Source: Lama guanicoe (taxonomy: Eukaryota). Taken from it: a DNA stretch of 64,000 nt. The stretch covers positions 727,146 through 791,145 of the forward strand of contig MU054400.1 in assembly GCA_013239625.1 (NCBI GenBank), given 5' to 3'. Position numbers and translations under genes: made by a program. The notes under the pieces were generated by a model. The model saw only the letters and a list, made by a program, of their open reading frames with translations, searched no databases and had not been told where the DNA came from. The number at the start of each line of letters is the position of its first letter. The first letter of the stretch is position 1. Shown here piece by piece: positions 11,701 through 22,183 of this stretch.

Positions 11701-14700
11701 TCACTCCAGTCACTCTTCCTGGGTTTTCTTACCAGGGCTATGACTTCAAATAAACCTGATGCACTAATTCCCAAAACTTCCACCCGGGGACCAGATTCCT
11801 ATTTCCAAATACCCACTGGAAGTCTCCATGTTCCCCAGGCATCCCAGTCTCTATGTTGAAAGCTCACCATCTCTCAGATAATGTGATCCTCATCCCATGT
11901 TCCCCATCCCGTTTGGCCAAGCCAGAAGCTTAGATGTCCTCTCCCTCCTCCTCCACACCCAATCAGCTCTGCTTACATTCTCCCCAGATCTTACCCAGTC
12001 TCCTTCTTGCAGCCAGAGTGACCTAACACAAAAATCTGATCATGTCTGCCTTTTATTCAGAAATTCACTGGCTCCCTTCCACTTCTAGGATAAAGTCCCA
12101 ATTCAGTAGGCCACCACTTTAAGACCCTTTATAATTTCATGCTTTCTGCCTCTCAGTTTCCTATCTGCTCCAGTGTTCTCTATGTCTAGCAATAGTATTA
12201 CCACTAAATAATAATAAGCATTTATTGAGCACTTAGTATGTGTCAGGTACAGGTAAGCAAGTTCTATCACCTCCTTTAACCCTTATACCAACTTGTGCAC
12301 TAGGTACTATGATTCTCCCCATTTAGTAGATGGGATCCTGAGGCTCAGAGAAGTTGAGTGGCTTGTCCAAAGTCCACATCCTGCACACAGTAAGCCAGTT
12401 TTTGAATCCAGGCAGTCACCTATACCAGACAGTCTCAGACCAAACAACCACAGTGTTCCCTGCCTGCCTCGCTTTCTCCTGCCTCTGTGCTTTTGCATAT
12501 GCCATTCCCTCCATCTGGAATACCTGACCCAGATCCTGAAAAAATTGATATTCTACTCTAAGGCTATGCTCAGATGGCACCTCCTCTGAAAGGTCTATGT
12601 GTTTTGGATGTGTTCTCTTTGAGGGACCTCTAGATGTTCAGACTGCTGGAAATTAGTCTAGATCTGTGTCATCTAATATGATGGCCACGAGCAACATGTG
12701 GGTATTATATATTTAAAATGTGGCTAATTTGAATTGAGATCTACTGTAAGTGTAAGGTTTTAAAGACTTACTAGGAAAAGGAGAATGCAGAAGATTTAAT
12801 AGTTTTATACTGATTATATGTTAAACTGGTACTATTTTAGATATATGGGTTTAAATATAATAACTATTAAAATTAATACCACCTGTCACTTTTTACCTTT
12901 TTAATGTGACTGCTAGAAAATTTTAAATTATATATATATGTGGCTCATATTGTATTTCCCTTGAACAGTTCTAGAGTTTTTGAAAAAAGAAAACCTAAAG
13001 AATTGTGGACACAAGGGCTGCAGTTGAAGCCACTGGGGAGGATGAAGACCCCTGGAGAGGGCGCAAGGTAAGCAGGCAGCTGAGGGCTGAACCTAGGGCC
13101 ACAAATCAGCCCTTATGGGCGAGCATTAGAAACCTCAGCTGGAGCAGCCGTTGAAATGGAAGAACAAAGAGAGAATATACCCTGGACGCCAGGGAGAAGC
13201 AGTTTCCCAAGAAGGGTGTAGCCCACACGGTCACGTGCAGCCTCTGGGTCCAGCATGAAGGCCTAGAAACCCCCCTAGTAGCGCGGTGAGCACTGCATCA
13301 TCAGGCCATGGGGTCAGAAGCCAGGTCCCAGGGAGTGTGAGGTGAGTAGGTGATGAGGAAGAGTTGAAGGGACCAGTACAGACATCTCTTTGAGAACCTG
13401 CCTGAGAAGGGAGGGAGAGAAAGTGTGATAAATGAAGGGAGACTCATGGGGTACAGGGAGGAATGTTCTATGTTTTTCTAGTTTAGGTAGAGAGACTTGA
13501 AGGTGTTAAGATTGAGAGAGGGAGGCGCTGAAGATAAAGGAGAAAGAAAAGGACGAGCAAAGAGCCTGAGTAGCTGGGGAGGTGGGGGCACAGGCGCAAG
13601 CGTGGAAGGTCCTGCATGAGGGAGGGGCCCCACAAGGGCCAAGGGGGACATATGTGGATTCGCAGAGAGGTGAGGTCTGGCGGGTGAGGAGCCGGACACA
13701 GGAAACCTGCCTGATGATTCTGTCAGGCTGGAGACCAAGCCATTTGCTGATTTAAAAAAAAAAGTGGCAAGCAGAGTACAGAGCAGCTCTGGAGAAGTCT
13801 GAGAAAAAGTGAACTAGCCTGGAGAGGGTAGGGGAAAGGCAGCTGAGCAGGGCCCACTGGGTCCTGCAGGAGCCCCAGGTCAGGGCCGGGGATCCCAGAT
13901 GTGGGCCAGCTTAGGACTAAGGGTACGATTAGGCAGGACAGGAGCAGCTGGGGCATGAGGGTGGGGAGTGGCACCCGGCCAGACTGACAGTCTTGAGGGG
14001 ATCAGGAGGTGCAAGGACTGGAGCAGGCATGGAGGGTCTGAAGACCAAGGGTCCCCGTGTCCACATAGGAGCTCAAAACCACTTACTAAAAATAGTGAAT
14101 GAATAAACCCCACATGATCTCCTGTGTCACGGTTGCCAACTGGCAGTCCCTGGACCTAATCCATCCAGCACACGTTTTGTTTGGATAACTTGGTTTTGAC
14201 GTGTGGAAGTTTCAGCTTCTCTTGCAAAATCAGAAGCTCTGACAACACTGACCTGCGTTCCGCAGTGCATGGCAACAGTCAGCCAGAGTAGTGGCAGCCA
14301 CGTCCTTGCCCAGGTCGGCACTCTGCAGGGATTCACAGTCCCCACCACTCTGAGGTGACTCTGGCCCCAACAGCTTGTGAATTTGCAACCCCTGCCCTAT
14401 AACTCACAACTACAGCTGGTTTTCCAGGGCCCTGGTGGCCCAGTTCCTCCCTCCTTTGGTCAGTGAATGTGGTCCAACGTGTCCAGGTCCCTCCATTAGC
14501 CACGGGCCCAGCCTGGAGGACGACACCCCTGGAGTGGAACCGAGTGGAACAGTCTGTTTCCCTCATCGTGGCTACAATAAATGGGGCCCAAGGTCACATT
14601 AGCTTTTCTGATGAAGCCGTCACCCTGATGACTCACTGAGCTTCCTATCGACTGAAAAAAACCCCACTTCTTGGCACAGGCCTGACACCTAAAAATAACA

Positions 14701-17700
14701 ACAACACAATGTCCTGTGTGACTTTAAACCTCACAAAGTTCTTTTACACGTGTTACTTCCCTTCAGTTCTCTGAATGGCATATGTTTGTGCTCTCAAGGG
14801 AAACCGAGTCCTGAAGAGTGGTCTTGAACTGCCCAAAGCCTGGAAGTGAGGGTCTTACCTCAGCTGGGGGAGAGTTAGAAACCCACAGCTAAGCTAAGGG
14901 ACAGAGCATAGAGATGAAGTGTCAAGACTGTAATATAGACAGGATTGGATTTCATCTTAACTTAAAATGTGACCTTGGGCAAGTGACTTTGTCTCATGGA
15001 GCCTCAGTCTCCTCATCTGTGAAATGGGGAGAATAATAGTACCTTCTTCACAGGGCTGTTGTGAAGATTTGGGAAGATGCTGCCCTTAAGGGCTTAGCAT
15101 TATGGTGGCTGGTATGCAGTAGGTACTCAATAATAATCTCAATAAAAAGAAGAGAAATGTGAACATGGGCAGTGGGCAGGCATGAATGCACATGGGCGGT
15201 GCCTGCTTTTCCTAAGAACTCTCCGAGGAGGCACCCTCCTGCCTTTACAGTTCCAAGGTTTAACAGCCCTCACGGGGCTGGAATGTCTTGTCATAAATGA
15301 ATTACTTTGCCTTGGATTAAGGCGAGACAGGATCCAGGTGCTGTTGTCAAAGCTCAGGAGGGGAGGTAATGGGGAATGAGGAGATGGTGAGAGGCAGGGA
15401 GGGGAGAACAACTGAGAGCACTTGTCATATCGACAAGCGACCAACACGTATGTCCTACAAGTGTGTTGGGTGTCGGGCCCTTGGCCTTCTTCACATAAGT
15501 CAGCCAGTTTGATGTTAGTGTCTCATTTCCCACTGAGGAAGCTGAACAGTTCTGAACAGTTAAGATATTTGTGAAAGATCATACAGCTACAAGAAAGCAG
15601 AGCCAGAGCTGAAACCAGCTCCAAAGCCCATGAGGGCCCGAATTCAACACACTTAATAATATCTGAGAAAACAGGCTCTGAGCCACAGAGAGCTCTGCCC
15701 AAGGCCAGCTGGTGACTCAGGGGCAGGATGATCAGGGTAATAACCCAAGTGTCCAGAGTCCCCTGGGCTCCGTGGATCCCATTGTCTCCTGCACTGACTC
15801 GATGCACAGACCCATGCACACACACTCAGGCACACTCAATCTCTGTCACCCCTGCTGCGTCTGGTGTGCTCCTGACCATCTTTTCTTCCCTTCCCAGAGG
15901 CTGGCCCTTCTTTTCATGGACCTGGGCCTTCATAAGGTACAGACAAGCATGGCCACAGGTTAAGGGCAGAGGCTGGCTGGGTAGGTGGCAGGGCTGAAAC
16001 AGGTGGAGGGAGAAGCAGTTTCCAAGAAATCTCACATCCCACTCACATCTGGTTTGTCTCATCACCCACTAAAAGAGCCCTTGCTGAGGTCCCCAGTAAC
16101 CTCCATGTTGCCAAAACCTATAAAAAGAAGTCCATGCTCACCTTCTCTGGCCTGTCTACAGCTCCCCACACTGCTAACCACTCCCTCCTTGTGGACGCCC
16201 CACTTCTGTCACCTGCTCTCCCCCCCACCTTCTCCTCCCACCGCCCTGGCCACTCCTTCTCAGGTCCCTTTGTGTGTTCCTCTTCATACCTCAGGCCCTG
16301 TCCTCAACTTATTCTTTTTCTCCTTCTATACATTCTCATTGGGCAATTTTTATAACTGCCATTCATATCCTGATGAACTCGAACTCTTTACTTCCAACCT
16401 AAGTCACTCTCTTGAGTTCCAGGCCTCTATAGCCAACCACCCCTGAGATTTCTCTCCAGCACCTCAGCTGATCACATCCAAACTGACCTCCCCTTGCCTT
16501 GTGCTGGGCTGCAGCCTCTGAAATGGCCCCATCAGCGCTTACTCCAAATCTGCTGCTCACCGTCTCCTTGGTTCCATCTTCTACCACTCCCTCAAACGTG
16601 TGCTTTCTTCTCCACCCCTGGATCGGTCACCACTCTCTCTCTACCCTAGGTCATTGCAACAGCCTCTTAATTGGTTCCCTTCCCTCCAGCTTTGCCCAGA
16701 TTGCCCTTGCTGAGCCGTGCCTTCCTGAGGCCCCTTCCTCAGAGCCCACCCACCCTGTACCACCCACCCACTCACCATCATGACAAACGTGCTCGTGAAC
16801 TCGGCTAGGAACTCTCGCACCATCTCATTCTGCATTATTTCTTGCATCCTTCTTATCGCGGGTGGAGTGACCATCCTGGAGTTGCGGGTAGACCTGAAGC
16901 AGCAGCCCGAGCCCATGGGCAGAAATGAGACTCAAGCACACTGACTGTCCATCAGCCCTTCAACTCATAGCTGAGTTAATGGGTAACCCAGTGGCCTCTC
17001 CACACGCACCTCTTCTTGCCCAGGGCAGCTGGTACTGCTGCAGTCAGAGACACGTGAGAGCCACAGGGACGTGGAGAGGGACTGGGGGTAGACGGCCAGG
17101 CCATGCCCCTTCTTCCTGCTGGTGGGGACTGGACCAGTAGAAAGGGCACACCAATGAGGCCAGTTTGCAGAGGGGGGCAATTGCAGAGCCAATAAGCACC
17201 ATCTGTGGTGCCAGTAAGGCTCGGGAGAAGCAGGTAGGAGAGAGCAGGCAGGAGAGTGGAGCTCAGTTGTCTGCCTGCCTGCCTGTCTGCAGGAGCCAGA
17301 GCTCTGAGGACACAGGCAAGGCATCAGGCAGGACCTGGCAATAGCAAGGCTCTGCAAACAACAGGGTGTGGCAAAGTCTGCTCCTGGGCTCTATAAACAG
17401 CACCAAGGCTTGAAACATACCAAGTTCTGCCAGAGATGACAGAGTCAGCAAAGTACACCAGGTTCTGCAGCCAGGTCAACACAAATGGGTGCTTGTGAGT
17501 GAGTGAATGCGTGAACGAACAAATGAATGAATAATGAGGAGGAAGGATGGAAAGGAAGAACTGGGTCCGACTCCCTAGTGTATCCTCAGTGCTTAGCGCA
17601 GTTCCGGGCACGTAGCAGATGTGCTATATACATTGTCGAATGAATGAAAACTGAGGGTTCATCTGTCTTACTCTTCACCTGATCCCCAGAACTTCCCACA

Positions 17701-20700
17701 GTGCCTGACACGTGGTAGATGCTCAATAAATGTTTGTTTCATAAGTGCATGACTGGATGGATAGATGAAAAAGTTAGAAGCTCTGTCTTCTGTTGGGAGT
17801 TGGGGAGATGGGGCTCGAGTTTGGGGAAGGAGTTGGGGTCTGCAGGCTAAAGAGGAGGAGAAAGGGTGCAGATACCTCTAAAAGCAGCCTTAGTGCTTGT
17901 CAGACTGCTGACTCTCCCCCACGTCCCATGCTGAGTGTCCCTCAGCTACCTCACCCTGCTCAGTCTTCCTGACTTTCCCAGCCTCACAGCAGCAAAGAGT
18001 AAGCAGAGGGAGTAAGAAATGTAAACCAGGCATGGATAAAACACCTTCCACTTTTCTGGCTGAGACCTCATGTTCTCACCCGTCTTTGTCCTTGCTCTGT
18101 CCTGACGTCAGAGGAACAAACCTAGGGCTGAGCATATGAAGGGGGATGTAGAGTTGCCTGGACGGTCCTCTGGCTCCCAGCCAGCAGCAGCTCCCATGTA
18201 GCATCATATAAGGGTCACCTTTCCCCTATGACTGGCCTCCTCAGCCCTGAAGAAGAGCCTGAGGTAGGCAGGGATCTAAGAACAGTCCTGAGAAGGTACC
18301 ACAGAGGCAGAGGAAAGGTGGACAAAGCAGGAAGTCAAAGACACCCAGAGAGCTCTGGAACCCTGGCCCCTTCCTCCTCACTACGCAGAAGGCAGGACAC
18401 AGTAAGTAAGTGACAAATAACCACCAAGGAGTCAATGAACCAAGGATTTATTGAATGCCTCCTATGCCTACTCTGCTCAGGCACTGTAGTAAAGACCACT
18501 GGCGTGATCCCTGCTCTTAGGAAGAAAAACGATTAACTAAGCAATTACTTATAAGTGTGAGGATTGCAGGGGGGCAGCAAATGACCCAGAGGAGAGAGTA
18601 GGAGGTTCTTCCAGAGGGAGGGAAATTTAGATCGAGAATAGAAGGCTGGCCAGATGAAGGAGCATCACGGGAGGCCACGGAAAGCTCTGAGCATTGGAAC
18701 GGCTTGGACAACGGCTTGCAGCTAAGACAATGTGTGATGTGCAGAGGAATCCTGCAGGGATACAGAGAGAGGAGGGAAAGTGGTACAAGAGATGCAGACA
18801 GCCTCATGACCCACATTAGGAAGTCTAACCTTGACCCACAGGGTCACAGGGTGGAGGATTTAAGCAGGAGCACTTCCTCCTCTATGGAGGCTGGAGTGAA
18901 AGGAGTGGAAGCATGGTGAGCAATCAGGAAGCTTCACCATGGACAGGCTGAGAGGTGATGGCAGCTTGAGACAAGAAGTTGCAGTGGAGGTGACTAGAGG
19001 AAGACAGTCAAACGGACAGTCATGGTGTTTTATTAGAGAGGAGAGTGGAGAGGGAAGAGTCAGAGGTGACCCCAGGCTCTGGCTGGAACAGCAGAATGAG
19101 CTATGTTAGGCAGGAGGGTGAGGAGTCCCCTTCCGGGTGTGGGGAGTTTGAGGAGCCCAGTAGACACTTAGGTGGTGGTGACCAGTAAGGAGGCTACTGG
19201 TCACGTGGTCTTGTTTAGAGATACACATCTGGAGGTCACCAAATCATAGATGGTCATCTGACCCATCGGCGTAGATGAGAGAGCTCGAGGAAGGGTATAG
19301 AGTGATAAAAGGGCATCTAAGAAAACTAGCCTACAAACCAAGAAACTAACAGCCAACCAGATAATTACCTAAGTAATATCTGCTAACCACAGAACTAAAT
19401 AGCTAACAACTCCCCAACCAACCCTTCAGCTAATCAACCTAGCCACTTAGCCAATTCACTGACGCTCCTATTAACCAGCTCATTTAATTTTCTGATCAGC
19501 CAACCAGCTATAAACTATCCAACTAACGTCAGGCCAACCATTTAACCTACTAACCAGAATTTATCCATTCAACATTTGTTGAGCATCTACTTATGACTCA
19601 GGCACAAGGGATACAAAGTAAAGCCCACCTTTGGTTCGCTTCATCTAGTGGAAGAAGTGGCTAATGGCAACACCATCAGAGGCAAGAAGCCCTGGGGTGG
19701 GAGGTGAGGCCTGCAGAGACATTTGAAGAATGGGCAGGTGGTGGCCTAAAGTGGCTGTGAGAGAGTAGGGTGGTGGTAGAAGGAATGGTGGGAGTGTGCA
19801 CATCTTAGGTATTTTAGGAGACTGGGGACTTGATGTGAGGCACAGGGGACAGAAGTACCAAGGACAAGGACTTGACTTCTGGCTTGAGCAATGGAGAAAG
19901 GGGTCCTTGACTGAGCTAAGACCACAGGAGAAGGAGTGGGCTTGGAGGGGTGGAGAAAGCTGTTTTCAACTGGGCCTCAGCTGCCTGTGGGACACCAGTG
20001 GGTCTTTGGAAACCAGGTCTAAGCCCAGGAGAGAGTCCTGGGCAGAGACAGCAGTGTCATCAGCACAGAAAGGGACCCATTCATTTTCTGTATCCACGAG
20101 TGCACAAGCAGACAAACATCCCTGCTCGCGTGGAGCTGACAGGCAGTGATGAAATGTAGTAAGTACGGACGTTTGTATGTTAGAAAGTAGTACGTCCTAT
20201 GGGGAAAGACAGAGCAAGGGAAAGAGAGGTGGGGAGTGATTTTGAATAGGGCAATCAGGGTAAGCCTCACTGAGAAGCTGGCATTTGAGCAAAGACAGGA
20301 AGGAGGTGAGAGAGTGAGCCGTGTGGATAACTGCGGGAAGAACATTTTACGCAGAGGGAATGGTCACTGAAGGACTCTGAGCATGTTTGAAGCAAAGGAA
20401 TGGAGGTCACTGTGACTGGAGTAAGGAGAGTAGGGTCGGGTGGGCGAAGGTCAGAGAGGAAACAGGCTCTAGGAATGCAGGGCCTTGGCCACTGCAAGGG
20501 CTTTGGCTTTGATTTCACCCCAAAGAGACCTGAGCCTGAGAGGGTGAGAGGTAGTGAGTTGAATTAAGTTGAGCAGTTCAGTCTGAGCCTCCCCTCACCC
20601 AAGGGCCCAGCCCATGCTTGGCTATGGGCGCAGGTAGGAGAAGACTTTCTTCTGGGCCCCATGGGCTGGTGGGGAGTGGGAAGGAGGGGGTCTGGGCAGA

Positions 20701-20827
20701 TCAGCTGCCATGAGGGAGAGGCTGAGAGTGGAGCAGGGAGGGCACTGGGGGATGCACTGGGGGATGAGAGGTTATGGTAGGGGAATGGATAGGGTGCTTA
20801 CCGCCTCTTCCTCTCTGTGTGAGTCAT
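8438..20827 (-). CDS. AQP7: Aquaporin-7 (aquaglyceroporin), spliced CDS: join(20802-20827,16776-16893,10391-10514,9842-9979,9515-9633,9089-9306,8438-8720), 1026 nt, 341 aa
   Basis: Seven GT-AG-bounded exons (26/118/124/138/119/218/283 nt) splice into one frame: MTHTERKRRSTRNSRMV...REFLAEF...SGAHMNAA...GYAINPSRD...WWWVPVVAP...HLEHL*. NAA and NPS in place of NPA/NPA are diagnostic of AQP7. Confidence 0.96.
9089..9306 (-). CDS. AQP7: AQP7 exon 7 (NPS motif)
   Basis: tag|VIVTGMLQLCLSAITD...GYAINPSRDLPPRFFTYVAGWGIQVF|gtactg, 218 nt. Confidence 0.96.
9515..9633 (-). CDS. AQP7: AQP7 exon 6 (loop C)
   Basis: cag|TSIIQYSEGKLAVTGPTATANIFATYLPDHMSLWRGFLDE|gtcagt, 119 nt. Translated by hand; not in the ORF track. 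Confidence 0.94.
9842..9979 (-). CDS. AQP7: AQP7 exon 5 (NAA motif)
   Basis: cag|AHMNAALTFTSCALGRMAWKKFPVYVLGQFLGSFLAAATIYLLFY|gtgagt, 138 nt. Confidence 0.96.
10391..10514 (-). CDS. AQP7: AQP7 exon 4
   Basis: cag|VFGLGAVAHMVLGDKMGSYLGVNLGFGFGVTMGMHLAGNISG|gtgagt, 124 nt. Confidence 0.96.
12662..12970. mobile_element. hAT-Charlie MER33-like element in AQP7 intron 3
   Basis: AT-rich; ctaatatgatggccac..catgtgg, aaaatgtggcta, ctagaaaattttaaattata..tgtggctcatattgtatttc. Confidence 0.7.
14128..14395. mobile_element. MER102-like hAT element
   Basis: ggttgccaactggcag...gttttgtttgg...cttctcttgcaaaatcagaagctctgacaacactg...tgaatttgcaacccctg. Confidence 0.6.
14900..15135. mobile_element. MIR SINE (one of many MIR fragments in the window)
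   Basis: tgtgaccttgggcaagtgactt...gcctcagtctcctcatctgtgaaatgggga..ataatagtacct. Confidence 0.75.
16776..16893 (-). CDS. AQP7: AQP7 exon 3
   Basis: ttcag|G TCT ACC CGC...STRNSRMVTPPAIRRMQEIMQNEMVREFLAEFTSTFVMM|gtgagt, 118 nt. Confidence 0.95.
20105..20520 (-). mobile_element. LINE-2 fragment in AQP7 intron 2
   Basis: gcctcactgagaag..gcatttgagcaaagac..gaaggaggtgag..gagtgagcc, gcagagggaa, gggctttggcttt. Confidence 0.65.
20802..20827 (-). CDS. AQP7: AQP7 exon 2, coding part (MTHTERKRR); whole exon 20802-20852
   Basis: Minus strand reads cag|CACCTAAAAATCTCAAAGACAGAAT-ATG ACT CAC ACA GAG AGG AAG AGG CG|gtaagc. The phase-2 end joins exon 3 to give RRST. Not in the ORF track. Confidence 0.85.
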
Positions 20828-21305
20828 ATTCTGTCTTTGAGATTTTTAGGTGCTGTGAAGCCAAAGAGAGGTCACTATGTCTGTGGGGCACAGAACTTGG
20901 CCCCTCATTCTCCTCAGACCTCAGCCCCCCAGGGGAGAAGCCAGAGAGATAGCTCCCTCCAGTGGCAACCCCTCAACCCAGCCGAGCTGGCAGGAAGGGA
21001 GAGAGAGGGGTGGATGTGCTTCAGCCAATGGGGAGAGGCCCTGGAGCCCCACCCTCTACCCACGCTGGCCTCGGGACCCCTGGTCCTTGGAGTGGGCCCT
21101 GCAGAGGTCCTCCTGATCTTCCCAAGTTTGCAGCCCAGCTTTGGACAGTGGAGAAGCCCACACCCTCCCCTCAGCAGCTCCATCCTCACACATGCAGTAT
21201 TATTAGCTTTAGTCTAACCTCAAGCTCTCTTGCTGCTGACTTAAACTGACTTTCCAGGGCCTCTTCCACCTTCTCCTTGCACACACATGAGCTCCCGCGC
21301 ACCCG

Positions 21306-21329
21306 CACACACACACACACACACACACA
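21306..21329. repeat. (CA)n microsatellite in AQP7 intron 1
   Basis: About 12 CA units. Confidence 0.85.
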
Positions 21330-21973
21330 TGATGAGGTCCTGAAAATTCATTTAGTCCACACACCCACCTGAGAACAAAGTCTACCCTCTCACCTTTCCT
21401 GAAAATTCCCCCTTGTGTTCCTGTTTTCCTCATAAATGACAACACAGAGGTAACCCTGGGGTTTCCCCATCCTGCTTGTCCCCCTTGTTCTCTAGCCCCC
21501 TTCCCTCTAACTGCAGCACAAGTCCACATCCCTGGCTCTGACTGCAGAAACCCTCTGGCCCCAGCCCCAGCCTCTCAGGAAGGGGACTCCAGGGGGAAGA
21601 CAGCACTCAAGTAAAGCCAGCAATTGACCTGTCTCTCTGATCTGAATCCCTTCTGCTTTGGTCCATTTTTACTGGTCTCTACCTGCTCCTCATCCCACCC
21701 CCAGGCTCTGCTGACAGCCTAGCCCACACATCCTCCCAATCTCTGCTCCACCGCTAGTCCTCCCAACAGTCAACTTACAGATAAGGAAACTGAAGCCCAG
21801 AGAGAAAGAGCGACATGCTCGTACAACGTAACAGCTCAAGATTAAACAAAACAGACATTTAGGCCTTCAACTCCCAGTTACAGTCCCTTCCCCAGATAGT
21901 CCCACAGTCACCTCCTCCCCGAATGGTCTCCAGGGAAGGCCCCCATCCCAGCCCTGCCTGAAGCCTGTCTCAC

Positions 21974-22116
21974 TCTGCTTGTGTTTCCCAGCGTCCTTTT
22001 GCCTTGGGGGCTTCTCAGTTATAGCAGGTCTTGGTCTTGTCCTTCCATGACTGTCTCAGGCTCCGGCTGCAGCCCCAGCTAGGGCTCCACTGTCCCTGTG
22101 TCTCCAGTCTAGAGCC
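21974..22116 (-). other. AQP7: AQP7 non-coding exon 1 (5' UTR; TSS approximate)
   Basis: Minus strand reads GGCTCTAGACTGGAGACACAGGG...ACTGAGAAGCCCCCAAGGC...GCAGA|gtgaga. This resembles the human AQP7 5' UTR as I recall it, and it ends in a GT donor. Confidence 0.7.
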
Positions 22117-22170
22117 CGCCTCTCAGCCCTCCTCGGGGGGGGGCCGAGCACTGCTCTTCTCTGCTCTTCC

Positions 22171-22183
22171 AGGGGAGAGGTCA
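22171..22183 (+). promoter_or_regulatory. DR1 / PPAR response element in the AQP7 proximal promoter
   Basis: AGGGGA-G-AGGTCA lies ~55-67 bp upstream of the inferred TSS. AQP7 is an established PPAR target through a proximal DR1. Confidence 0.75.
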
